From a virus: a stretch of 64,000 nt of DNA. The position numbers and the translations under genes are program-made. The stretch is taken from IMG/VR virus record IMGVR_UViG_3300011113_000287, positions 28,156-92,155 of that record; one strand, given 5' to 3'. Numbering within the stretch: position 1 is the stretch's first letter; each line of letters opens with the position of its first letter. Shown here piece after piece: positions 36,264-45,670 of this stretch. The notes under the pieces are model-generated. The model did not search any database, was not told where the DNA came from, and was given only the letters and a program-made list of their open reading frames with translations.

Positions 36264-36622
36264 TTCCACTCCGACACGTCGTTGTTGGAAGAGTTCTTGG
36301 TAACCCACGCAAGCAAATCGTCCTTTCGTTTAATGAACGCCGTCCATAGCGGAACGTGGTACGGCAAGGGCTTGTTCTTAATTTCGTAAAAGAATCTGTC
36401 AATCATGGAGTGCAGTTCATCATACGACGTACCGCTGTCACGGAGGGTCTTGAATGTCTTGGACAACGCCAATGCATTTACTTCGCTGTTCATCGGATAC
36501 TCAATGGATTTGTTGAAGTGATAAACGAGAGCCGTGACGGTGTTCTTGGTCTTAGTAGTCATTTTGGTTGTCACGGTCTTGGCTTCGTCGGCACCAATCG
36601 GTTTGCCCCAGTCGTCGGTCAC
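36260..36622 (-). CDS. hypothetical protein (replication module)
   Basis: 120 aa coupled ORF. Confidence 0.65.
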   Translation of the reverse strand: MTDDWGKPIGADEAKTVTTKMTTKTKNTVTALVYHFNKSIEYPMNSEVNALALSKTFKTLRDSGTSYDELHSMIDRFFYEIKNKPLPYHVPLWTAFIKRKDDLLAWVTKNSSNNDVSEWK

Positions 36623-37128
36623 TTGAGCAACTCCCCGTCAATCGTATAGCCACTTGTTACATCATTCATTTCTCCCCCCTTCTTGTAAAGAAGATTCTTG
36701 TTATGGTTATTCTTGTTTATAGTTATTCTTGATTGGGTGTCACCCGTGACACTGGGGGTGGTGTCTGGGGAGTCACTCCTAGGGGTGTCAGGTGTGTCAC
36801 TGGGTAGTGTCTCCGCAGACACTAGGCTAGATGGATTGTTAAAGTTTACGATGTAGCGATTGCTCATTTGACCCTTGGCACCTATGCGTGCCCTACGAAT
36901 AAGCACGTTAGAAGAAACCAAACGGTTAACGGCACGGATTACCGTTCGCCGTGAGTACCCTGTCAACTTAGCCACGTGTCCATAGGACGTAGTAACTTCC
37001 TGAGTGTCTGAATCCATGTACAGCAGTATGGTTAATAATACTACTTTGCCAATTGAGTCGTTGCCCAAATACTGAAGAACCCACCGTGGAAACGGCAGGA
37101 ACGGTCCTGAAAATTTGCTTTTAGCCAA
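36619..37128 (-). CDS. HTH replication initiator-like protein
   Basis: SYGHVAKLTGYSRRTVIRAVNRL...SNRY; upstream of DnaC/DnaB. Confidence 0.75.
   Translation of the reverse strand: MAKSKFSGPFLPFPRWVLQYLGNDSIGKVVLLTILLYMDSDTQEVTTSYGHVAKLTGYSRRTVIRAVNRLVSSNVLIRRARIGAKGQMSNRYIVNFNNPSSLVSAETLPSDTPDTPRSDSPDTTPSVTGDTQSRITINKNNHNKNLLYKKGGEMNDVTSGYTIDGELLK
36690..36823. repeat. putative replication origin: iteron-like GTGTC repeats plus AT-rich tract
   Basis: about eight GTGTC/GACAC-type units, two of them inverted pairs, beside three ATTCTTG repeats. Confidence 0.6.
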
Positions 37129-37199
37129 GTGTGTTGTCCTTTGTGTTGTCCAATTTAAAAACGCTTTGGTATACTGATGAAGGCGTCATGTCCAACGCC

Positions 37200-37257
37200 G
37201 CACGGGGTGCGGGCTGGTGGTCTTTCCACCTCCTTTCTGCCGCCAGTCCCCCCGTGC
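37200..37257 (-). terminator. GC-rich hairpin at end of structural operon
   Basis: GCACGGGG..GGGCTGGTGG / CCGCCAGTCC.CCCCGTGC. Confidence 0.5.
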
Positions 37258-37943
37258 TATTTCTTCAAGAAAGAGTTGATGTCATGAACTGTGCTTTTGA
37301 ACGTCTTTGTTGTCTGGTCTTTGAACACAACCACCACGACTACAGTGTCGTCTTCCGCAATCTTTTTTTCTTCTGAATCGTCCGTCAAGAACTCAATGAT
37401 TGCTTCCTTTGACTCCATGTCTTTAATTGCCGCACCCTGCGCTTTTGCCTGTTGACGCAACGTCGCAATCGGCATCTCTTCGTACTCTTTCTTGGTAACT
37501 GGTGGAAGCGAATCAACGGTATCGTTCTTTACGTCATCAACCAATTGGAAAGGTGTCAATCCCTGCGTCAAATCAATGACGGTAAATCCGTTGTCAATCA
37601 ATGACGTCACCTGCTGAGTTGAACCAAACTCATCTGCGTCGTTCCACAAATAGAGCACGCTCATCTTTCCAGCCTTGGCAACGCTAAGCATTACGGACTG
37701 CGGGTCATTGTCACTGACGGCTTTTACCGCACTGTCACACAACACGGTGGGTGCGTTGCCGTTATGGTATGCAACATACTTTTCGCCGTTGTCAAGTAGC
37801 CAGTCGTATACACGACAGATTCCTTCAAGACTTGTCTTTTCCGCAACGATATGAAACGTGCGTGGAGTCGGCAAATCCGAAAGGCTGTCTTCAATTACCG
37901 AAGTGGACGAGTTACCTGCGCCCATAATTACATATTGATTCAT
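37257..37943 (-). CDS. hypothetical protein with Rho-N-like C-terminal helices
   Basis: EEMPIATLRQQAKAQG...SKEAII. Confidence 0.65.
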   Translation of the reverse strand: MNQYVIMGAGNSSTSVIEDSLSDLPTPRTFHIVAEKTSLEGICRVYDWLLDNGEKYVAYHNGNAPTVLCDSAVKAVSDNDPQSVMLSVAKAGKMSVLYLWNDADEFGSTQQVTSLIDNGFTVIDLTQGLTPFQLVDDVKNDTVDSLPPVTKKEYEEMPIATLRQQAKAQGAAIKDMESKEAIIEFLTDDSEEKKIAEDDTVVVVVVFKDQTTKTFKSTVHDINSFLKK

Positions 37944-37952
37944 GTTGTGCTC

Positions 37953-38207
37953 CTATTTAAGTGAACGTGTCCTAGCCATGTCGCCCATGAGTGTAATCAT
38001 GCGAATGGTGCTGTGGACTATACCAGCAAGAGTTGCAACGACAAGGCCGTCCATCCAAATCTTGTCGGTCCACAATACGGCGACCACAGCGTAAGAAACC
38101 ACTAATGTTGCAACGACCTTTACCCACGGCATCGGTTCCTTTGGCAACATCATGTCAACGATTTGTACAATTTTGTAAACGGCTAGTGCCGCAAATAAAA
38201 GTCCCAT
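37953..38207 (-). CDS. small membrane protein
   Basis: 2-3 hydrophobic segments. Confidence 0.65.
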   Translation of the reverse strand: MGLLFAALAVYKIVQIVDMMLPKEPMPWVKVVATLVVSYAVVAVLWTDKIWMDGLVVATLAGIVHSTIRMITLMGDMARTRSLK

Positions 38208-40171
38208 TACTCTCCTGGAATAGTGTCCCATTCAATTGTGTATTGACCAATCATGTTAACAGGTATTAAGTACTCTTCAACAATGCGTTCGGTAGCCGTA
38301 ACAATGCGTTCGTAGTCAAGAGTGTAGTATGAAAAATCTTCGTTGGTGTTTCCCCCACTTTTACCCCAACGGTAGTCGGACACGCCAACTACGCTTGGTT
38401 GATTTGCCTCCTGTACAAACCCTCCATAAATGTTGTCGCCATCAAAGTAACGACCCACTGCGTTTGGCTCAACTAACCAACGTGAGACAACGATAGTTTC
38501 TCCAGGGTTAGCAAAAAATACCAAGGCTGGAACAATTGCCTTTTCTACGTTTTCCACGCTAGGGGTGTCTGGTTGTTGGATGCTAAAACGACCAGCCGTT
38601 GCTAATCCAGGAGCGCTGGCGTTATAAAAAGCACCGTTGCCGTACAAGAAGATGTTTTGATTTGCAGCACTTTCGGTATTCCAAGTATCGTAATACAAAG
38701 ACGAACCAAGTGAATCAGGAGGATTAGTTTCTAAGTAATTAATAATGTTGTCATTGTCAATCATTCTAAAGTTAACAAAAGATGCGCCTGACAAGTTACA
38801 ATCAAATGAAGTATAGTAAATAACGTCGTTACGATAGTAAAATGGTTTTCTTCCGTAAACCACCACAACTTGAGAACCAGTTGCGTTTGATGGAATAGTG
38901 ATTTTTAATCCAGTACCGCCTGAATTAACTACAGCCACAGAACCACTTGGAATTGATTCTCCGTTGTAATCTACTTGTTCAATTATTGGAATTGCTGAAG
39001 CGGCATTAAAGGCAGCGCCGTATGTATAAACGCCCCAACCAACCGACGCCGCAGAATCAACAAACACGTTTGTCGTGTACGACGCCAAAGCACTTGCCGC
39101 CGTGGGATTTGCGTTGTAGTTACGAATAGCATCATCGTTGTTGTCAGTATTACGCAGAGCAGAACCACCGTCAGTTTTACGCAACGTAAAAGGGGTGCGG
39201 TCAACGTTGCTGGGAGTTCCTGTGTAAAAGTTTAAATCCTGCTGCCTGAATTTAGGGTCAGACACAAAGTTTATACGCTGTGTATCTATGTAAAACGTAT
39301 CAGTGGCTGCATCAAAACGAGAACGACAACCAGTAAGTGCAGCAATAAAAGAAGCAATGCCGTCAGCAGTTCCCTTCCTTTGACGAAGGTTGAATATGTT
39401 GGACAAGACGTTTCGTAGGCGATAAGTACCAATTTCTACTGAATTGGTGGGAACACCCAACTGTGCAGCAATCGCATCTAATGAAGGAGTAGGGCTGGTT
39501 AGTGGGTCATTGATGCTTACCAAACTGTCAATTAACGTACGTGCCTTGTCCAATTCCCATCCAAACAACGACAGAAACCGACGAAGGTCGCCGTTTCCGT
39601 CCGAATAATCCAGTGCCCTGTAGTACTCAGGGATGCGTTGCCACAAACTTTCTAATGATTGGTAATAGCGAGGGATTTGCACTCGTAATTCAGACGCACG
39701 TTCAAACCATTCCGTAGCCCCATCAGAATACTTAATGTAGAATCCGTAATAAAGCCAAGTGCCAGGTTTGTACAAGGTACTGGAATGTCGGTAGGTTTGT
39801 ACAAAGTTTGATGCGTTGCACGAAAAAACGGAAACACCGTCCTCAACAGTCAACGGCTCCCCGTATTGATTAACAACAATGTGCACTTCAATTGGTGATG
39901 TTTGCGAAGGGTTTTCTACAAGCGCTGTTTCCAAAGTCCACGCAAGGTCCACCTCAGACACATAGACATCGTAAGAACCACCTGGTCGTGAGTTGTCCAC
40001 CACTGTTTGCTTTGTGAGATTGAAAACTTGAGACGAAAACGTAGAGGAACCAAAATCTCCACTAGGTGCAATGAAGTTGTCACTACGCACGGCGGAGTCA
40101 AGCCGCCCCTGTTCACGTACGTAAGAACCTACGTCGTCAGTTCTGCGAAGGCGGAAAGAAACTAAAGCCAT
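38207..40171 (-). CDS. baseplate/tail protein (P2 gpI-like domain)
   Basis: IPEYYR...LRRFL...L.AIA.QLG...KGT..G; follows baseplate J. Confidence 0.75.
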   Translation of the reverse strand: MALVSFRLRRTDDVGSYVREQGRLDSAVRSDNFIAPSGDFGSSTFSSQVFNLTKQTVVDNSRPGGSYDVYVSEVDLAWTLETALVENPSQTSPIEVHIVVNQYGEPLTVEDGVSVFSCNASNFVQTYRHSSTLYKPGTWLYYGFYIKYSDGATEWFERASELRVQIPRYYQSLESLWQRIPEYYRALDYSDGNGDLRRFLSLFGWELDKARTLIDSLVSINDPLTSPTPSLDAIAAQLGVPTNSVEIGTYRLRNVLSNIFNLRQRKGTADGIASFIAALTGCRSRFDAATDTFYIDTQRINFVSDPKFRQQDLNFYTGTPSNVDRTPFTLRKTDGGSALRNTDNNDDAIRNYNANPTAASALASYTTNVFVDSAASVGWGVYTYGAAFNAASAIPIIEQVDYNGESIPSGSVAVVNSGGTGLKITIPSNATGSQVVVVYGRKPFYYRNDVIYYTSFDCNLSGASFVNFRMIDNDNIINYLETNPPDSLGSSLYYDTWNTESAANQNIFLYGNGAFYNASAPGLATAGRFSIQQPDTPSVENVEKAIVPALVFFANPGETIVVSRWLVEPNAVGRYFDGDNIYGGFVQEANQPSVVGVSDYRWGKSGGNTNEDFSYYTLDYERIVTATERIVEEYLIPVNMIGQYTIEWDTIPGE

Positions 40172-41620
40172 TTAGCCAGTCACTCCACCAACAGTAGTGA
40201 TGGTGTATGTTCCCTTTTTTAACAAACCATATTGACCAGACGACACCGTTTCAGTGTTTGGCAGTGACACACTCACGTAATCCACCCCAGGAACATCCAT
40301 TATCTTTCTATAAATTTCACCTTTAGACAGAGTTTGGTTAAAGAAGACATTATCAAATTCAAACAAAGTATCCAAAGCAGTTACAACGTTTTCTGAAACG
40401 TTGCTTGCGATGTAGCCAGGAAGAACATTTACAGTTGCCGTAACGTTTACTGCGGTAAGGTTTATCGTGCTGGCGGCGGTGACGCTTGCACCAACCATTT
40501 GCCGTGGTTCGTAGTACGCAACAATCGCATCTCGCAATTCGCTGCTAACCGACAAAGCACCACTTCCATAAGTCAAGTAATTTGTTGTGAACGGTGCGGC
40601 GTAAATCGTTACAGTTCCAGAACTGTACGAAGCGGTTCCTTTTGCAACACCAGCAACGTTAAGAACCAATGCTTTATAGTCGCTTAATGAAACGGCCCTG
40701 TCTTGAGTTGCAAACGAGTTTGGGATGTTGGCTCGCAGCGACTCCAAAGATTCAGCATTTGCTCCATTGATAGCCGCCGTAGAACCAGAGACAAACACAT
40801 ACTGACTAGGTGGGTTTTGAATCTGAGTAATTGCGTTAACTGGAACGTTTCCACGGATGCCTACACCTTTTCGGTAGTTCACAATGATGTCTTGTCCAGC
40901 GTTTGGAATCTTTCCGTTAATGCCATTTCCAAATACAATTTCAGTTTCATTGTTTGCAGTTGTGGCAATTGTAAACACTTTGTCGTTAAACGCAGAGTCA
41001 ATAAGTTTGTTTACATATTGGTACTCTACAAGAGACGGAGAACCGTTTAACACTGTTCCTTCCTCTACAAACACCCGAACACTGTCTCCAATTACACCTG
41101 AATAAAACAAAACAAAACGTTGGTTTGCAGTACCATTAGACGAACCAACTGTTTCGTTGTTTATAGGCTCTCCTTCAACAACTGATATGACTGGGTTTAC
41201 AGACGCAGACGCAGATGCAGACGCTGTAGATGAAAAATAAACAATGGGCGTTTCTGATGTTGCTGGGGCAACAAAAACAGTGCCAGCAGGAATAGTCACT
41301 GTTTGCCCAGCAGGAACGTTTACGCCAGAAACGGTAACAGTGGCTTCTGAAGCAGTCTGTAATTGAGGCGAGTAGTCAAAAAGACTAGCCAATGAAAGTA
41401 ATGACTCTCGTTGAGTAGCCGTCGTAATAAACGCTTCTCCAGCGGCTTTGTCCACGTAATAATGAAGAACGTCTCCCATGTACGCCCACAAATCAACAAG
41501 AAGAACACCAAAGTCAGACGATTCACGGGTAGTCCATTCAGGAACTATCTCAGAAGCACGAGCCAACAGGTCGGCTTTGATTGAATCGTAATCCCTGTTT
41601 GAATAGTCAATAGTCGCCAT
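40172..41620 (-). CDS. baseplate J-like wedge protein
   Basis: IDYSNRDY..PEWT...DFG; ESLESLR; RAVSLSDY. Confidence 0.9.
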   Translation of the reverse strand: MATIDYSNRDYDSIKADLLARASEIVPEWTTRESSDFGVLLVDLWAYMGDVLHYYVDKAAGEAFITTATQRESLLSLASLFDYSPQLQTASEATVTVSGVNVPAGQTVTIPAGTVFVAPATSETPIVYFSSTASASASASVNPVISVVEGEPINNETVGSSNGTANQRFVLFYSGVIGDSVRVFVEEGTVLNGSPSLVEYQYVNKLIDSAFNDKVFTIATTANNETEIVFGNGINGKIPNAGQDIIVNYRKGVGIRGNVPVNAITQIQNPPSQYVFVSGSTAAINGANAESLESLRANIPNSFATQDRAVSLSDYKALVLNVAGVAKGTASYSSGTVTIYAAPFTTNYLTYGSGALSVSSELRDAIVAYYEPRQMVGASVTAASTINLTAVNVTATVNVLPGYIASNVSENVVTALDTLFEFDNVFFNQTLSKGEIYRKIMDVPGVDYVSVSLPNTETVSSGQYGLLKKGTYTITTVGGVTG

Positions 41621-42018
41621 TAGATTGGACTCTCTTCCGTAAACGTTGTATTAACTACCAATTTTACTGTAGATATTGTACGTGGTGCTACAGAGTAACG
41701 AACAACCAATGTAGCAACGTTATTCTCTGCCGAAAGGTCGTTAGTAGAGTCCACAAATCCAAAATCAAGGACTTTTCCAAAAGACAAGTATGAGTTAACT
41801 TCTGATAATGCATCAACTTTGTAATCAGCAAAGATTAAAGGGTCGTTTATTTCAAATACCAAATTTGGCAAATTTCCCCCGTAATTAGAGTTCATAATAC
41901 GTTCGCCAATGTTTGTCATAAAGTAATTGACAATTTGTTGTTTGACAACAGTGTCTACATTTTGCGTAGCAAGCACAGAGCCTTCTTCAAAGCGAAATGG
42001 AATGCGGATGGTCTTCAC
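41620..42018 (-). CDS. gp25/GpW-like baseplate protein
   Basis: TNIGERIMNSNYG. Confidence 0.88.
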   Translation of the reverse strand: MKTIRIPFRFEEGSVLATQNVDTVVKQQIVNYFMTNIGERIMNSNYGGNLPNLVFEINDPLIFADYKVDALSEVNSYLSFGKVLDFGFVDSTNDLSAENNVATLVVRYSVAPRTISTVKLVVNTTFTEESPI

Positions 42019-42341
42019 GGCAATGCCTCCAGTATGGACGCTACTTGGGCCTCAAGTGTGGCTATCCTCTCTTCTAGTTTAGACGTTCCATCGGTCTGAA
42101 TCCAGAATACGTTGGAAAACGTATTGTCATCGGTGCCTACAAGTATCTGGTCTCCAACAACAGGGACTGCCCAACCAGAGGAGGTTAAAGAACGACCAAA
42201 GAGGGAAAGGGCAACTTCAGACTTACCCAAAACGGCGGGAATTACAACACGCACTTGCCCAGAAACCGAATCTGCATAAGTAACCACTGCTCGGTAAGGA
42301 CCTCCCGAAACAACTCCATGAATATGTTTAGTTGTAGACAT
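42015..42341 (-). CDS. short baseplate spike (gpV/gp5 OB domain)
   Basis: YRAVV...GQVRVVIP...PVVGDQILV. Confidence 0.7.
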   Translation of the reverse strand: MSTTKHIHGVVSGGPYRAVVTYADSVSGQVRVVIPAVLGKSEVALSLFGRSLTSSGWAVPVVGDQILVGTDDNTFSNVFWIQTDGTSKLEERIATLEAQVASILEALP

Positions 42342-43500
42342 TTGTGTACTCCGTTCTCATTACCCATTTGTCTTTGATTAATACAGGAATAGGTGGTTGA
42401 ACATATCGTTGAACGGTTGGAAACTTTGGCAAGATGTCGTAAGAACCTTTCTTTATTAATTTCAAATTAGTTAATAAAGTATCCGTAAACAAATCATGAG
42501 ACACGGATTGAACGTACCAAAACCCGTCAAAATCTCCGCCGTACCCATCAACCCGTACAATGCCTCCAGGAGTTATTGACGGGTCACCGTACACCATTGC
42601 ATCAGCAGATTGTGAAAAAGACGATTTTACTTTTGACTGAATGTACCTAGTTGCCTTTTCAAACGAATCAACGTTGGCAACAAGTTTGTTATCAAACCGA
42701 CTTGCGGGAGGGGTGCCTAAAGAAGCGTCCTGAGACAGTTGGAAGGCATCAACGGACACAAGTTTACCGTGCTCGTCAACGTAAGAAACAAACTTGTCTC
42801 CAGACTGTTGTGCGACGTTGGGAGTTCCTACTGTGGATTCAATAGAAACGATGTCACCTGGATAAGGGTTGTAATCTCCACGCTTTACGTTTACACCACG
42901 AAGTATTGTGTATGACGTTTGTCGGGCAATAGATTTGTCAATATCCCACACGTGTATGTGAGAGTTTGTCATAGTTACATTGTAGCCAAGTTGTTCGCAA
43001 GCCTTTACCAACAATCTCCACAACGACTCTTCTGTTTGCACCAAACGTTTAAACACGTAATCATCTTTTGGAATTGAGTAACCCAAACGGTATGTTTTAG
43101 CAATGTCTGAAACAATGTCTTCTAAACGAACGTTATCCCAAGAAAGCGTATTCATACTGCGAAGGACGTGAGATGACCCAAAACAAACCATTCGTATAAT
43201 TTGGAATGGGCTGTTATTTACTGTTCCTTCATGCGTTACCGAACGAGCCTCGGCATGGGAAACGTACCCATAAAAGTTTGCCGACTTTCCGCCTTTGATG
43301 CTGATGTAAATATGTATTGGTTTTTCTACATACTCAGAAATATAACTAGACGGTATTCCAACTAATTCCACGATTGCCACGTCATGCTGGTTTTGAGAAA
43401 AAGACACGTTTACACGTTGTACATTCCTTGAAGCAAATGGCGCATCGTTGATACGAACAGACCATGTAATGCCAAGAGGTGACAAGTTAGTTGTAATCAT
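42328..43500 (-). CDS. baseplate hub (gpD/gp27-like)
   Basis: Q.EES.W.LL; GDPSITPG; GFWYVQSV.H. Confidence 0.8.
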   Translation of the reverse strand: MITTNLSPLGITWSVRINDAPFASRNVQRVNVSFSQNQHDVAIVELVGIPSSYISEYVEKPIHIYISIKGGKSANFYGYVSHAEARSVTHEGTVNNSPFQIIRMVCFGSSHVLRSMNTLSWDNVRLEDIVSDIAKTYRLGYSIPKDDYVFKRLVQTEESLWRLLVKACEQLGYNVTMTNSHIHVWDIDKSIARQTSYTILRGVNVKRGDYNPYPGDIVSIESTVGTPNVAQQSGDKFVSYVDEHGKLVSVDAFQLSQDASLGTPPASRFDNKLVANVDSFEKATRYIQSKVKSSFSQSADAMVYGDPSITPGGIVRVDGYGGDFDGFWYVQSVSHDLFTDTLLTNLKLIKKGSYDILPKFPTVQRYVQPPIPVLIKDKWVMRTEYTNVYN

Positions 43501-43751
43501 TGCAATGGAATCCTTACCAAAACCCCAACTGGAAGATAATCAGCAAACTTTATTTGCGGATTTTGGTCAGCAATGTACCAGTAGAGTCGTTCATCGTTTA
43601 AATACTTAAAAGCAAGGGATGCAAAAGAGTCTTTCTCTTGGGCAACATGTGTAAAGTACGGAACCGAACGGGTGGCATAGCGGTCAGCAATAAGGCGAGC
43701 CTCATCATCTGCCGTGTTGTAATATCTACCAAAGTAACGTGAAGTAGTCAT
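43497..43751 (-). CDS. LysM-like tail X protein
   Basis: DSFASLA.KYL....W.IADQNP...LPVG..VRIP. Confidence 0.8.
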   Translation of the reverse strand: MTTSRYFGRYYNTADDEARLIADRYATRSVPYFTHVAQEKDSFASLAFKYLNDERLYWYIADQNPQIKFADYLPVGVLVRIPLQ

Positions 43752-45670
43752 TGTATGTTCCTGGGACCCGCTCCAGTTCCTTTACGAACAGTCAAAGCAC
43801 CAATTGTTTTCAACTGGTTTGATGCACTGTTTGAGATAAAGGGAGTGTTGAAGTTGTAAGGAATAGCCTGTTCTTTTAATTGAACAGTTCCTTTGCTTTC
43901 TTGCACTTGTTTTGAAATTTCCCATTTAAAGAGTAATTGACAATTGTCAGTGTGGTTAATTGCTTCTTTATCACCAACGTCAGCAGGATTAAGCCAAAAC
44001 ACACGCATGTATTGAGTCATTGTGGAAGGAGAAGATGGTGCTGCAATACCGTACCACTGACGAAGTATGCTAATAGAATGACTGTCGTCCCCAACCTTTT
44101 CCCACGAGTACCACGCTGTTGAATTACCACCACCACCGCCAGGAGTTGTTCGGCTAAGTGCTTTTATATTAATGGTCTTAGTTAACTGCGGAGTCGTTGA
44201 TGTTGTTTTTACAACAGGGTTTCCGCTGGCTTCTACGGATACTCCTAAATCAGCAAGATTGTTTGGCATCTCTTTAGTAGTCATTCGGGACGTAACCGAA
44301 CCTTCTTTATAAGGGTTCATGACGTCAATCACCACAAGAATTGGTGTCCAACCAACTAAGTTATTTGGTAAATTGTTAACGGTTTGACCATTTGTAAACA
44401 CTTCATAAATTTGTTTAGCCTTACTACCAGCCGTTGTTATTTTACCGTCAGAAAATGCGTTAAACCACTGTGGCAACGTCATAAACGAGGAACTATTTCC
44501 CGAATAGTATTGACCAATGGACGTGCCACGCCATATTTTCATTCCATCACTATTTTGGTTAGGAAGGTCAAGGTTGTAGTCGTCTTCTGAAAGAACTCCC
44601 TCAGTGGACGAGTTGATAACATATTGAAACTTTTGCAACATGTTTGCAACTACCTGCTCGGCGTTTTTCGTGTCTTTTTCTTCTTGTTCATCCTTGGTAA
44701 GTTCAGACTCATACCAGGCTTCTAAATTGTCCGTAACAAACGCCGACTTCTTTGCAAACCCAAAATACAAAGCAGACAGATTGCAGTTAATTTGACAAAT
44801 AGTAGGAATCATTTGACGGTTAAATTTTTGAAAGGCTACTGCCGAACCAGTCACAAAGCCTTCAACCATGAACAAATCACCAAAAACAATACGCACAGGA
44901 AGGGGGTTTAAAAATGCAGAGTTTCCAATGTTTTTATTTAAATTTTGACCATACGTCTCTGCGTCAAATGTTGTCGCTGTTTCATCTTCCTCGTCAGGGT
45001 TTAGTTCTGCGGATTTTTCAGTAAATCGCAGTAGCGTGTTAACAAGTTCTTCACTAATTCCCTGACCGATTATTTTGTCAAAAATTGAAAGGTCGTGCAT
45101 TACACCAACCATGCTTGGGTCATTCAGTAATTCAAGAGCATTTTCATTGTTTTCTGAAAAGTTAAAAGCGGCATCACGTGCCCTGTCCCCACGCATTGCC
45201 ACCTCGTGTTCACGGTTAAATGTAATGGTGAAATTAAATTGTGCGGTTCCAGGAACTGGCTGAGTAAGATTTGTGACACTTTGAAGCAACGGATTTACTG
45301 CACCAGGGGACTGGCTTACGTCACGCTGAATATATTCAGGGTTAAATTGAAAATTTAAACGGATTCCAGTTCTCTCAGTGCCATCTACTTTCCCAGTTCC
45401 AATAGACTGGTACAAAATGCTTCTCATAAATCCACGAACCAGTGGCTTTGTGCGACCACTAATATCGGTATAAGTTGGTCCAGGCCACATAAAGTTGGCA
45501 TTTTCTAAAACGTTTTCACGCTCTCCTAATTTTCCATACGATACAAAATCCTGGTTACGAGCCTGCTGATAGGTCCACGTGGGCCTAATAAATGAACCAG
45601 ACAGGTTTGTGGGGTTGTTTCCACGTGGGTTATAAATTGGAAATTCGTCGTTATCACGATTTCTAACCAT
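43748..45670 (-). CDS. tail tube initiator-like protein with long C-terminal extension
   Basis: LNFQFNP, PVRIVFG, F...MIP; follows tape measure. Confidence 0.65.
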   Translation of the reverse strand: MVRNRDNDEFPIYNPRGNNPTNLSGSFIRPTWTYQQARNQDFVSYGKLGERENVLENANFMWPGPTYTDISGRTKPLVRGFMRSILYQSIGTGKVDGTERTGIRLNFQFNPEYIQRDVSQSPGAVNPLLQSVTNLTQPVPGTAQFNFTITFNREHEVAMRGDRARDAAFNFSENNENALELLNDPSMVGVMHDLSIFDKIIGQGISEELVNTLLRFTEKSAELNPDEEDETATTFDAETYGQNLNKNIGNSAFLNPLPVRIVFGDLFMVEGFVTGSAVAFQKFNRQMIPTICQINCNLSALYFGFAKKSAFVTDNLEAWYESELTKDEQEEKDTKNAEQVVANMLQKFQYVINSSTEGVLSEDDYNLDLPNQNSDGMKIWRGTSIGQYYSGNSSSFMTLPQWFNAFSDGKITTAGSKAKQIYEVFTNGQTVNNLPNNLVGWTPILVVIDVMNPYKEGSVTSRMTTKEMPNNLADLGVSVEASGNPVVKTTSTTPQLTKTINIKALSRTTPGGGGGNSTAWYSWEKVGDDSHSISILRQWYGIAAPSSPSTMTQYMRVFWLNPADVGDKEAINHTDNCQLLFKWEISKQVQESKGTVQLKEQAIPYNFNTPFISNSASNQLKTIGALTVRKGTGAGPRNIQ

